From Octopus vulgaris (Eukaryota), in the NCBI GenBank assembly GCA_951406725.2, contig OX597823.1, positions 75,640,001 through 75,704,000 of the forward strand: a stretch of 64,000 nucleotides of DNA, written 5' to 3'. Below the pieces are notes generated by a model, which saw only the letters and a program-made list of their open reading frames with translations, had not been told where the DNA came from and did not search any database. Both the position numbers and the translations under genes were made by a program. Positions 12,967 to 24,887 of the stretch are shown here, in pieces (position 1 is the stretch's first letter; the number at the start of each line of letters is the position of its first letter).

Positions 12967-14211
12967 TTACGTTGTCCGGAAGGTGTATGCCGATTTTTAA
13001 AGGAAAGAAAAAGGTCAATAAATACTTGCCATTACATTTGCAATCAACCAAATATGAACCATTTTTTTTGCACAATGCGTCTCCATCTTTCCTTTAACTT
13101 GAAAATACCATCTTCCCAGAATTGAGGTAGTTTCTTGGCAAAGAATTCATCAAGGTAGCCTTTTACGTCATCCAATGAATTGAATTTTTTACCATTTAAA
13201 ACTATTTTGCAGAGATTTGAATAAGTGGAAATCCGAAGGACAAATATCTTGTGAATATGGAGGGTGGGGTAACACATTCCATCCGAGCTGCAGCAATTTT
13301 TGCCTGGTTCCCAAAGAAACGTGCGGTCTTTCATTATCATGTTGGAAAACAATACCCTTCCTCTGTTTGACAATCTGGACGTTTCTTTTGAATTGCTGCT
13401 TTTAACTCGTCCAGTGGTGAGCAGTATTTATCAGAATTAATTTTCTGGTTACTTGGGAGAAACTCATAGTACAGAATTTCTTTCCAATCCCACCAGACAC
13501 AAAGCAAGATTTCTATAGTGTGAAGACATGTTTTGGGGGTGGCTAAGGGTGGCTCATGTCGCTTACTCCAGGATCGCTTTCTCTGAACATTTTGGTAGAT
13601 AATCCATTTCTCATCTCCTGTCACAATTTGCTTTAAATCGGGCGCGTTTTCATTCCGCTTATAAAGCGAATCACAGATGGAAGTGCAATCCAAATGGTTC
13701 AAACATCGTAGCCATTTGTGTACCCAAGTTTTACCACGTGCTCATGAACGACGGATTTTGATAGGTTGAGGATTTCTGCCAATTCTCGGGTAAGGTAAAG
13801 TATGTCATTCTCAATGACTTGATTTGGTTATCATCTGTAGTGGATGGTCTGCCTGATTGCTGTTTATCATTATGGCTACCATCTCCATCTCAGAACCTTG
13901 CGAACCAATTCTTTATATTTGTTTCGGATAAATAAACATCACCGTAAACTGCGCATATCTTTTTGGGGTTGCTTGTGATGCATTTTACCTTTACAGAAAA
14001 AGAAAAGCATCAAGTGTCGAAAATGAACTTTTTAATCTTCCATTTTAAAGGGTTATAAAATTATAGGAACATAAAACTTCTTCCATGAAAAGATAGCATA
14101 AACTGTGCTCTAAATGGAGGTGTAGTCAAATTGTATTTTATGGACTCAACCATGTTCTAAAATAAGTCGAAAAGTAAGCTACAGTCGACATGTACTTTCC
14201 GGACAACACAA
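12967..14211 (-). mobile_element. Decayed full-length mariner (DD34D-type), inserted in or next to the 3' region of the PLE
   Basis: TIRs ttacgttgtccggaag / ctttccggacaacacaa with TA on both sides. ATG near 14043 (ME..VHFRHLMLFF), then IVTGDEKWIIY, LLCVWWDWKEILYYEFL and FWEDGIFKLKERWRRIV. Confidence 0.95.
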
Positions 14212-14352
14212 TATATTGTGGAATCATGACTGATGATACTGTTCAGCAAAACGAAAAACATGCATGAGCACAAACATCCTAAAACATGTCAGCATTTTAT
14301 ATTTGTAGAACAAAGTTTCGTCATATTTTGTTTGCATATTCTTTTATATTGT

Positions 14353-14740
14353 ACTAGCAGTATCGCCCGGCGTTGCTCAGGTTTGTAAGGGAAATAACTA
14401 TAAAGCATTTTCAGAGAGTTATAGCCAAAAAATAGCAAAAAAATGGAAAAAAATGATGGTAAATTTTTTTTTTGAGATTTAAAAATGGTGGAGTTGCATC
14501 CCCTAGACAGTTTGTGGTTCATGTTTCTGATTCTCGACCCCATGTCGAATTTATCGATTTTTTTCAGAACTGGGGGAACTTTTCAAAATTTTCGCTGCGT
14601 TAGTTTTGAATTATGACATTGGGCTATGTGTGTGTCAAGTTTCATCAGAATCGGTTGAAAGCCATGGTCAAGGTGAGGGTACAAGCAAACAGACACACAG
14701 AAACACGCACAGACAAACTGCCGTTTATATAGAGAGAGAT
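14353..14740 (+). mobile_element. Non-autonomous Helitron/Helentron-like (HINE/DINE-type) element
   Basis: 5' actagcagtatcgcccggcgttgctcaggtt hairpin-like start. 3' end has aagtttcatcagaatcgg, (ACAG/ACAC)n and ccgtttatatagagagagat. Confidence 0.65.
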
Positions 14741-14918
14741 ATAATGTTGTTGAAGAGAAAGGTGGAAGAGCGGTTTCAGCAACATTGTCTGTAATGTCTG
14801 TAATATAAATTATACATTCCACGAAATGTCAAGCGACTTACTTCCACGAAGATTAAATGTCTAGACTGTATGCTGCAAGAAACCTCACTTAATACACACA
14901 CATAAGTGTATATATGTC

Positions 14919-14988
<70 letters not shown>

Positions 14989-15080
14989 CATACATATATA
15001 CATACATACACACACTTATTTATATATATACATGTACATATATATAAATATATATGTTTATATACATATATATACATATA

Positions 15081-15318
15081 CATATTCTGTTGTGTCTGAA
15101 GGGATTCATTTTCTTTTTGTGCCTTATAAATTAACACATTCACCGGTAAAATTTTCACTTCGTCCTTATTTTTATTTTCCTAAAATTTTCCTTGCGCCTT
15201 GCAACATTTTTAATGATTATTGAAACTGTTGCAAGGAATAAGTGGAAATTTTACCGGTGAGTGTGTTAAATTATAAGGCATAAAAAAAAATGAATCTTCC
15301 TAGATACAACAGAATATG
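15081..15318. repeat. Imperfect foldback (about 80-bp outer arms plus an inner ccttgcaaca/tgttgcaagg stem) between (TA)n tracts; probable inverted pLTR pair
   Basis: catattctgttgtgtct...caccggtaaaattttcactt pairs with aagtggaaattttaccggtg...agatacaacagaatatg. Confidence 0.85.
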
Positions 15319-17115
15319 CTTCAACACACGAACTCACATAAATAATCTTGCAAACTAAATCCAGAAACGAAATATATACATATATATATCACTGCAACTT
15401 TTCGCAAGCCTGAAGAAGAGTCTTGTCTCTTTCATGGCCTTCAGGTTAAGAAAGTCGCTTTGCAAACATTATATATGATCATCTTGCTAATAGGTTAGTT
15501 AGGGCTTGTTCCATGTGAGGAAATTTCTTATAGGTAAATGTGTTTAATCTCGCCTTATATATATATATATATATTTACATATAATATTTCCATTTTCCAG
15601 ACATTAAAACCCATAGAGAGTTAAATAAAATGCAACAGTAAAGACTTTTTAAGCAGTTCTGTTTAGACAAGCATACTAATTGGAATATAATTGGATTAAC
15701 ATTCACGTAAATAATTGTTACTGTATTACATGTTAATATAAGAATTTCTTTCATAACTAATTTCAACTATATATCAACGTCGTCTATTTATTGTTAATTT
15801 TGCTATGTAATTATTCACGAAGATATAGTTTCTGTTGTCATAGTAACATTTTCGTAAATATGTACGTGCCGTTCTCGCACATATTTACAATATGTGCACA
15901 AACAAAGAGAAAAATACCTGAACATATATGCATTCACGTGCTTTCCCAATTACATGCATGATGTGAATAGATATAACGCATACACACTTACATATATAGC
16001 GTATTTAAACACGCCGTTAACGAACACACACATGACATGCAAACATTGAAGCCATTCATATCGTACGAATAAGGCCACTTAAATACACGCGTGCACGCAA
16101 ACACAGATACATACATACATAGATACATACATACATAGCGAGCTGGAGAAACCTTTCACTTTTACACGTTTATTCTTGCAAAAGCAGCAAATGCATGCAA
16201 ACTTCAAAAACAACCGCATATACCCTCTCTAAGAGTGTACCAGAACACATCAGTTATAATTAAACATAATCTCTCACTGGCATTTACTCATCCCACGCAG
16301 AGCTACATGCAACAACGCAACACGCAATGGCACACACAACACACGGATATTTCACTACACATCCAGCTCTATAACAAACAAGCTATCCTATAATCTGAAC
16401 CTCATGGCAAATCACGCAACTACTATACATCCCTGCATCGCCGGAAGTACACATGCAAACCAAACATGTTGTTATACACGCATACACACAACTACCGCCC
16501 ATACGTCCTTTGTTACAACGCATCTAGAGGGTTACGTGTACGATATTTCTGATTAGTTATCTATCTACATCTGTAACTATCTATATGTCTGTATATCTAT
16601 CTACCTATCTACGTACCTATCTATCTATCTGTCTTTCTATCTATGCATCTATGCATCTATCTATCTATATATCTCTCTCTATATATATATATATCAATTC
16701 ACACGCACGCAAACACACATACATAAACACACTCGAGCATGCACGCACACAGATAAACACCCACACTGACATGAAAATACGTACGCATATACACTCGTAT
16801 ATATAAGGTACGACATTTCCGCAACAACCATGATCCAGTTCTGCAGAAATGGTTCGTAATAAAAACTAATGTCACAACACAACACACACAACACACAATA
16901 ACAATCCAGCTTAGTAGGTTTTGCTTATTCTCCCTTTGTTAGAAACACATATTTAGTTTGTGAGTTAAGGTTAGGGTTAGGGATATTAAGTAGTTAGCTA
17001 TAGGTACATACAAACATACATTCATGCATGCATACATTATATACATATATCATATATATATATATATATAAGCAGTTTGAAAACGCGACTATATAAGATA
17101 AATTTTAATTTTCTT

Positions 17116-17171
17116 GGATATTTTACATGTTTCGGTTCTTCTTGAAAAAATTAGCCTTATCAAAAATATTC
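17116..17171 (-). ncRNA. Minimal type I hammerhead ribozyme with compensatory U3-A8 core
   Basis: Minus strand gaatattt-UUGAUAA-ggct...aacc-GAAAC-au-GUA^-aaatatcc. Helix I is 6 bp and helix III is palindromic (ACAUGU). Lies about 45 bp from a (TA)n tract. Confidence 0.6.
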
Positions 17172-17460
17172 TAAAATATTAAGTGTAATAAATAAGTTCA
17201 TAATTATTTCTTACTAATGTCAACAGAGTCCACGTGGGTTTTTTTATGGGGGGGGTGCATAATGGCGGTCTTGTGCTTTGACTAGTATCGTTGGGTGTAA
17301 TAGTGAAAGTGTAATATATATATAAATGCAGTTTCCTAAACACCTGTATTGTGATGGATAAACGTGCGGTGCAAATAGCTCAATTAAACCTACACTTACA
17401 TGGTATACATATTTGAAATGTAAAGAAGAAAATGCACTGTCCATTGCATGGAAACACACA

Positions 17461-17608
17461 GGTTCGGGTAAGAGGCCGATAGTATAAGTATTAGGCTTAT
17501 AATAAAGAATAAGTCCTGGGGTCGATTTTCCCGACCAAAAGCGGTGCTGCAGCATGACCGCAGTCCAGTCAAATGACTGAAACAAATAAAAGAATAAAAT
17601 AATAAAAG
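17461..17608 (+). mobile_element. 3' part of a tRNA-derived SINE (same family as 37600-38015)
   Basis: gataagtataag-like segment, aagaataagtcctggggtcgat, gcggtgctgcagcatgaccgcagtc, atgactgaaaca and an A-rich tail. Confidence 0.8.
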
Positions 17609-18270
17609 ATTACAGAACTGAAATAAAAAAAATGATATCAACATATCAATACACACCTTAATGAACAGTCTCCCTACAATACAAAAATTGAGTGCGTCAG
17701 TTTTATCAGAGTGAAATGAAACTAGCGTACATGTTGAGTAAGATGAAAAGTGATGTAGCATATTACTGGCCATGCATCAGAGGCTTACATTAAACCAATA
17801 TCATGGTTTTCCCCAGCTAGCCCAAATTGTGTGTGCACATGATAAGATGTTTTTTCCCCTTAAACATTACATTTGTTAATAATTAGAGTAATTTGAAATA
17901 TCTTAATAACGGAAGATGGCAGCGGACAAGGAAGATCCTTATCGGAAGCGGTGCCAGAAAAATAAAGTTTGGAAACCTGTACAGGTACACTGGTGAACGT
18001 GAGCAGCCAATTAAATGTTATTCTTAAAATTATCGTTTAACATTAAAATGTCTTTCAGAATTTAACTTTTAATTTCATAGAAATTTGGTACATTTATGTT
18101 TGAAAAAGTTTCGTTTTCGATTGTGTGTGCTAGGCAGTGTATCATCATCCCCATCCTCATCCTCCTCATCATGATCATCGTTTAACGTCCGCCCTACATG
18201 GTGGGGGATATCGGTAATTATGTACTCACACTCCCTACATTGTCTGTCTGTTTCTGTCTCTGTCTCCCTC

Positions 18271-18322
<52 letters not shown>

Positions 18323-19429
18323 TATGTATTCATACATACATATATATATGTTTATGTATTGATACATATATCTATATATATATCTATATATATATATATG
18401 TGTGTGTGTGTGTGAGTGTGTGTGTGTGTGTGTGTGAGTGTGTGTGTGTGTGCTTGTGTGTGGACGCACGTGCGTATTCATATTCTCCTCTTTTTCTCCC
18501 TTGCTACATTTTATTCTCTTTATAAATTGACACAAGTGAAACTAACAACAATGGCAACATTAAAAACAAAAATACCATGACTTCAGTAATTATGATGATG
18601 ATGATGATGATGTTGACGAAGATGTTCATGATGATGAAATCGCCTCAATTTAAATACAAGTAATATTTTGCACAGAGTGTTGGATGAAATAAAAATTCGA
18701 AAGGAGATTATAAAGAAATTTAAAGATTATAAAGGAATTTTTCACTCTCCAATTCTTTCATTTAACTACGATAAATATTCAAGATGGCAAATATTGCTTT
18801 GCAATTCTATTACTTAATTCCTGCTACAATCCTCACCTTATCCAAAAGCAAACATAGAGCCAGACATAGCGAAATTAAAAGAAATTATAAACAAACATGA
18901 AAATAATCAGATATATTGATTCGTAAATAAGTTATGAAATAATAGCTTTTTTAATGTAAAATATCGGGTTTTTTAATGAATGAACACGCACTATCATGAC
19001 AGGAACATTTTAAACAAGCCGTTTGAATCTAATTGTATGAGGAAGATAATATTTTTATCAACACTAATGCAAAATAAGTAAATAATATATTTGCCTATGT
19101 TTGATTTATATACTCAATGGGTAAATATTTCAATCATAATCGACGTAGTTCTGCGTTGCATACACTCTAGGAACGCCTTGCTACAACAGACCAGACTAAT
19201 GTTCAAATATTTGATGTGTTTGAGCTAGAAGTATATAAATGAATGTCGTATTGTTTAAAATGTTTGCGGGGTAAAATGCAGGGAATCATACACACAGGAT
19301 TGACAGGTTTTTCTCACAAATCCAGTGAACGGATTTTATGTTTTTATGTAAGCAAGTTTTTTAATAAGTATTAGTGAGATTTAATGTTAGTAATAAAACA
19401 ACAAATTCTCCACTCACATTATGTAGTTT

Positions 19430-19897
19430 TGAATGTTTGTGTTTTGTGTTCAATGTAGCGAAACAATTTAGCATACAATAAACCCGTATTTAACTCAAAA
19501 AAGAAAAAGAAATCGTTCGAATAACTTCTAATACAGAGGAATCAGTTTATTGCACTACATTTTGTAGCTAAGTTACGGGGACGTAAACACACCACCATCG
19601 ATTGCCAAGCGATGCTGGTGGGACGAACACAGACACACAAACATACATATATATATATACATATATACGACGGGTTTCTTTCAGGTTCCGTCTGCCGAAT
19701 CCGCTCACAAGTCTGTGGTCGGCTCAAGGCTATAGTAAAAGACACTTGCCGTAGACTGAACCCGGAGCCATGTGGTTCATAAGCAAGCTACTTACCACAC
19801 AGCCACTCCTACGATTTCTTTTTACTTTTTGAGTTAAATAACGGTTTATTGTATGCTAAATAGCTTCGCTATATTGAACAAATAACACAAGGATTCA
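19430..19897. repeat. Inverted repeat with about 87-bp arms (19430-19516 and 19811-19897) enclosing a SINE copy
   Basis: tttagcatacaataaacccgtatttaactcaaaaaagaaaaagaaatcgt pairs with acgatttctttttactttttgagttaaataacggtttattgtatgctaaa. Confidence 0.85.
19548..19810 (-). mobile_element. Truncated tRNA-derived CORE-type SINE
   Basis: Minus strand aggagtggctgtgtggtaagtagcttgctt...ccgggttcagtc; same family as 37600-38015. Confidence 0.85.
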
Positions 19898-20323
19898 TAT
19901 TATCCTTACTTATATTAGCGAAGATATAATTGCATAGAAAGTGGTTTGATCTGAGATCGTGTGCTGTAAATAGAGCGATTGCAGTGGTGGAGATATAAGT
20001 TAGTCATTCAGAAACACACAAAACTGTCAACTTCACTTAAGCAATTGTAATATGGTGTCAAAACGTCCGTCTTTCGTGTCAGCGACCTATTAACTTATAA
20101 AATTGTTTGTCACGCCTGGGTATTTTCGAAAATACTGCAATTATTATCGTTTGTGATGGCTTTGAGCTCATTTTAGTTGCGATGGAATATGTCAGGCGTT
20201 ATGTTTGGGGGTAGGGTCCATAGCCTGTTTTTACTACGGGATCTCAGCAATCACACTAATTGTGCCTTTGGCATTGAATTGTTAATTTTATTGGATGGAT
20301 AGTGCCCAACGTAACAAAAGCAG

Positions 20324-20405
<82 letters not shown>

Positions 20406-20505
20406 CTGTAAATTAAGAGCACCTGTGTATGCTAGATAGTGTCAGAGGTGAGATAATATATCAAACATAAATTAAAGACATGTGTTCTGTTTTTAACTTA
20501 TGTTT

Positions 20506-20572
<67 letters not shown>

Positions 20573-20593
20573 GATGATATAAGGGGCAGGAAT

Positions 20594-20626
20594 ATATTGT
20601 CTGAAGATAGAGAAATATAATAATAT
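20594..20626 (+). ncRNA. Candidate ultra-minimal hammerhead motif
   Basis: atattgt-CUGAAGA-taga-GAAA-ua-UA^-ataatat. Helix I is 7 bp including one G-U; helices II and III are vestigial. About 25 bp from (TA)n. Confidence 0.3.
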
Positions 20627-21049
20627 CTGAATTAGGAATTATCAAAATGAATGCAGAGAAACACATAACAATTTATGAACACTTAAAAATCTATACAGAT
20701 TCCTGAAAAAGTAGCATAACTTGTCTCTCACTTCGGAGAGAAAATAAGTTAAATAGCAGCGCTTCAACACATGAGTAATTGTGCCCCATGAATCTGAAGA
20801 AGTTAATATTCGCAGACATAGCAAAATATAAATATGTCTAGTGAAATTGTGCAGCCTCTAGATATATTCACAATCTGACAATAAAGAAAATATATTAGAT
20901 TTGCTAAGTTAATATAAGTAAGCATTTTCATTCCTAATATACTTTATGATTTACTTAAGCTATGCAGAAAAAGAAGTAAGGTTTCTTCATAACTTCAGAA
21001 CCTGATGTGATAGAGATGAATAAAGAACACCATGAATCACTATTTGTCG

Positions 21050-21450
21050 TTCGGTTCGGTTCGGTTTGCACTCCGTCGGTTACGACGGCGAGGGTTCCAG
21101 TTGATCCGATCAACGGAACAGCCTGCTCGGGAAATTAACGTGCAAGTGGCTGAGCACTCCACAGACACGTGTACCGTTAACATAGATTTCGGAGGAGATT
21201 GAGAGTGGCACAGAGTGTTACAAGGGTGGCCCTTTGAAATACAGGTACAACAGAAACAGGAAGATAGAGTGAGAGAATGTTGTGGTGAAAGATTACAGCA
21301 GGATTCGCCACCACTCTCTGCCAGACGGAGTCTCGTGGAGCTTTATGTGTTTTCGCTCAATGAAAACTTACACTGCTCGGTCTCGGAATGGAAGCCGCGA
21401 TCCTACGACCACGAGTCCGCTGCCCTAACCCCTGGGCCATTGCGTCTCCA
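21050..21450 (-). mobile_element. Full-length tRNA-derived SINE with (CCGAA)n tail and target-site duplication (TSD)
   Basis: Minus-strand head tggagacgcaatggcccaggggttagggcagcggactc...gcttccattccg (A/B-box-like). TSD tatttgtcg at 21041-21049 and 21454-21462. Confidence 0.88.
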
Positions 21451-21886
21451 CAGTATTTGTCGCACTTATCTTTAAAATGATACCATAGAGTCAAGAAGAA
21501 AATCATGCAGGCTAGTATTATCATTGTTAGAGAGGTTGTATATACAGCCTAATGACCAATGTATCTTGTGAACTACCCTGTCATATATTGTCAGTTGCTA
21601 TCTCGGTGCCAGTCGCCCGCATCCAGTGATTACATGGTCGATTGTCTCTCAATCATCAACGTGCATATTTATGAATATGCATCTACATGCATATTTATGT
21701 ATCTTAGGATGTACTCGTATTTATTTTAATCGTGATTGCTGTTGTATTTTCATTGCCAACCGTAATATATACGTAGTCATAGAGAACTAATTCTGCACTT
21801 TGTCTCAATACATACGTATGTCTATACATATGTCTATATACATTCGTAAATCTTTTCATAGTCATGCATATTATAAACATTAATAA

Positions 21887-22075
21887 GGTGGTGAGCTAGC
21901 AGAATCGTTACTGTGTCGGACAAAATGCTTAAATGTATTTCTTCCGATTTTATTTTCTGAGTTCATATTCTATCGACGTCGACTTTGCTTTTCATCTGCT
22001 CATAGTCGATGAGATCATTACCAGCTCACTACTGGTACACTTTCCACCAAATTTTAGTCTTTGTCTCAATATAAG
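21887..22075 (+). mobile_element. Decayed tRNA-derived SINE with Nin/Deu-like central domain (family of 59070-59300)
   Basis: ggtggtgagctagcagaatcgtta...tgagttcatattc...gtcgactttgcttttcatc. Confidence 0.8.
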
Positions 22076-23295
22076 ACAGAAACATATGTATTAATATGCC
22101 GGATGTTTCTGGTGGACGTACGCACGATTTGTTTAGAAGAATTGCCAACTGTTTATAATTGAAAAATATGCCACTACACTTTGGAGAAAAATAGCCAGTT
22201 TAAAATTCATGATTGGATTATACAATTTTTCTTTTATAGGTCGTGACAGTATTTTGTCGATTAGACGTGATCACCCGCTCGCGTACAACTTTGTGGCAAA
22301 TTTATATATTCCTTGAGGATAGGGATAATTGTTTTCCATTTTCTGAAGAGTTTCTGGTGAATATTTATGCTCTGAATTTGTATTAGCATTTTACTAAAAT
22401 CTTTATTGTGTACAAATTCGTATATCATCCTCATTCTGGATGTTTTAGCAAAGTTTGCTTTTACTAATAATGGTAGAGTCCCATTTTAAAGAGGAATGCC
22501 TCAAAAGAAAGTAAAAGTATCTTGAAATTTTGTCAGAATATTTAAAGTTAATAATTGTTTGAAATATTCCAATAAAAATAAAATTATACTCCTAAAAAAT
22601 AAAACGCAGCTATAGCCAAAATCTGTTTACCAGATGAACATTAAGAAATTTTGGCAGAAAGCTGGAAACTTGCCAATTCTAACTGTCAGAGGTAACGTTG
22701 ATTTTAAAAGCAGTGAAGGAAGAATATATGAAATCTTCAAAATCTGAAATAAATAATAAATGGAGACTATAAAAATATAGGTTGAATAATAATCTACTAT
22801 ATCGTGATTTTTCTGCTGAAATTTGAAATCTGGCAAAACGAAAGATACATTCCAAGTTAGTCCTGATTTAAAATTAAGAAACATTTCGGCTTTCTGAAAA
22901 GATTGGAGTTATAACTATGCACGCATGTGCGCTAAAAGGAGTCACGTACACATACACACACTTACACGCACACAAAAGCATACTCACAAACGCACATACG
23001 CAAACACACACACCGGCACACACATACATACTTACAGAATATGTATGTATATATGTGTGTATATATATAGGCACATATATTTTCATATATATATATATAT
23101 ATTTATATGCTATATTCTGTAAAGAACGTAGAAGAGCACATTATAGAGCTCGCCCACCTTCAAATCTACCCTGTGCTATCCAGGAGTAGTATTATATGTA
23201 CTTCCAGGTGTGCGTTTGGGCATCTATCGTGTGTGAACAGGTAATTCAACAAATTGGAGTCAACAAGAATGGGTACAGTTGGACATTTATTTTTA

Positions 23296-23398
23296 ATCAC
23301 TACAATTGTTTCAACGCAATGAAGTACCGCTCGGCAGGTACTTGATTATGGAACTGTTTCGCTGCATTATGGGAGGTAGTTGTGTTTCCTCAGGTGAT
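23296..23398 (-). ncRNA. Type I hammerhead ribozyme with an extended, branched helix II, within a probable pLTR
   Basis: Minus strand atcac-CUGAGGA-aacacaa-[insert]-ttgcgtt-GAAAC-aauu-GUA^-gtgat. All core nucleotides are present, helix I pairs 5/5, helix II pairs 6/7 and helix III is palindromic (ACAAUUGU). AATAAA follows just downstream. Confidence 0.75.
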
Positions 23399-24303
23399 AT
23401 GTAAATATTGCCTCCGTACGTTCAAATTCTTAGCCTTCAAGGACACCGTATCTATCTGTTGTGGCCTGCATTGAGGCCACGAGAGAGGAAACACAACATC
23501 TCATAATGCAGGAAAACAGCACCTGAAAGGCATGGTCATTCATGGTGTATTCGTGAATAAATCAAAAACCGAAATATTATTTGAACGCTTTTGCCGCAGT
23601 TTTCATGCGCGCACCGGACGGGAACTCAAATTTGATCTTTTCTGAGAAAGCGTCCCAACATGTAAAGCGCCTGTGAACTTTATGACAGTGCATATGACCA
23701 ATGGGCGGAAATCATAACTAAGGGATTTTATGTAGGTTATTTTCCATTAGCCGATAAAGAAAAGTAAACTGAACGGCTTAAGAAAACATCAACACAGCTA
23801 ACAATATGAATTAAGAAAATGTTCCTGCATGCAAACAACGCCTGATTTGTATGAAGTTAGTGCAGATTGCAATGTTATTGATAGATAATGGTGCTTTTTA
23901 TCTGCTTGTGTGGTTGGTTTTTACATAGATTACATCGTTACAAAACAGCTATCACAATAAACTAAGAAAGTATTCCTACATGTAAACTGGGTGTGATCTT
24001 TGTGATGACAGTGCATTTGTCTAAAAGCAGAACTGCTGTCCTTCATGCAGCGCTTGTCAATTGGCTGAAGTGACAGGAAAGGCATTGTCTTTTCATGGCA
24101 TACTCGTGAATAAGTCAGAAACCGAAATAAGTCGATCTATTGTTTAGGAAAATAGTATTTACTTGTTCAAGTGTTGTACTGGGTAAGTTGCAAAAATAAC
24201 AGTTCAAATACTAAGAAATAAACATACTCAAATTGATTCATAGCAAATAAAATCAGTGACCTTGTCTGACAATTTCTTGTAAGAGAGCCCACATAATGTA
24301 GAA

Positions 24304-24389
<86 letters not shown>

Positions 24390-24409
24390 CAGCATAACCA
24401 CCTGCAGCT

Positions 24410-24800
24410 TGTCACTGTGACATATTGCTTTTAATTGGAAAATTTAAGATTATATTTGTGCTAACTGGTTTGGAAACGAAAATGTATTCCACGTGATTTG
24501 TTGCAGGTTGTTTAATAAATCGAGAAATATTTATTATTCATTTCTTTCATTTATTATATATAGGAAAAAGAATGGGCTATTTCCCTTGGGTGTTAAAAGA
24601 AAATATATTGGTTATAACCGTGGATCACTTTTATGGGCCCTAGCCATCCAATTATTGATTTTTCTATTAAACTTCAATGAGCCTAGTAACAAACTGGATG
24701 TTAGTTTAGTATGTTTGCAAAGTTTCACAAAAATTCGTTAGCGGGTGTAGATGGCAACCTGACACAAATAGACAAGCAAACAAACAACTTGCTTTATATG

Positions 24801-24805
<5 letters not shown>
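24410..24805 (+). mobile_element. Possible HINE-like element (3' end recognisable)
   Basis: aaagtttcacaaaaattcg...gacaagcaaacaaacaacttgctttatatgtattat resembles the 3' end of 14353-14740. The 5' boundary is uncertain. Confidence 0.35.

Positions 24806-24887
<82 letters not shown>

Noticed and set aside
15900-16900. CA-rich, strand-biased 1-kb stretch that looks coding-like
   Set aside because: Best explained as an eroded (CA)n/(CATA)n low-complexity region.
16961-16982. Telomere-like ttaaggttagggttaggg
   Set aside because: Only 2-3 units, too short to call an interstitial telomeric array.
23540-24130. About 37-bp direct repeats (tcatgg...tcgtgaataa...aaaccgaaata) spaced about 550 bp, considered as an LTR pair or CRISPR-like repeat
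   Set aside because: Only two diverged copies, no TG...CA ends or regular spacers, and a eukaryotic context; likely decayed transposon ends.
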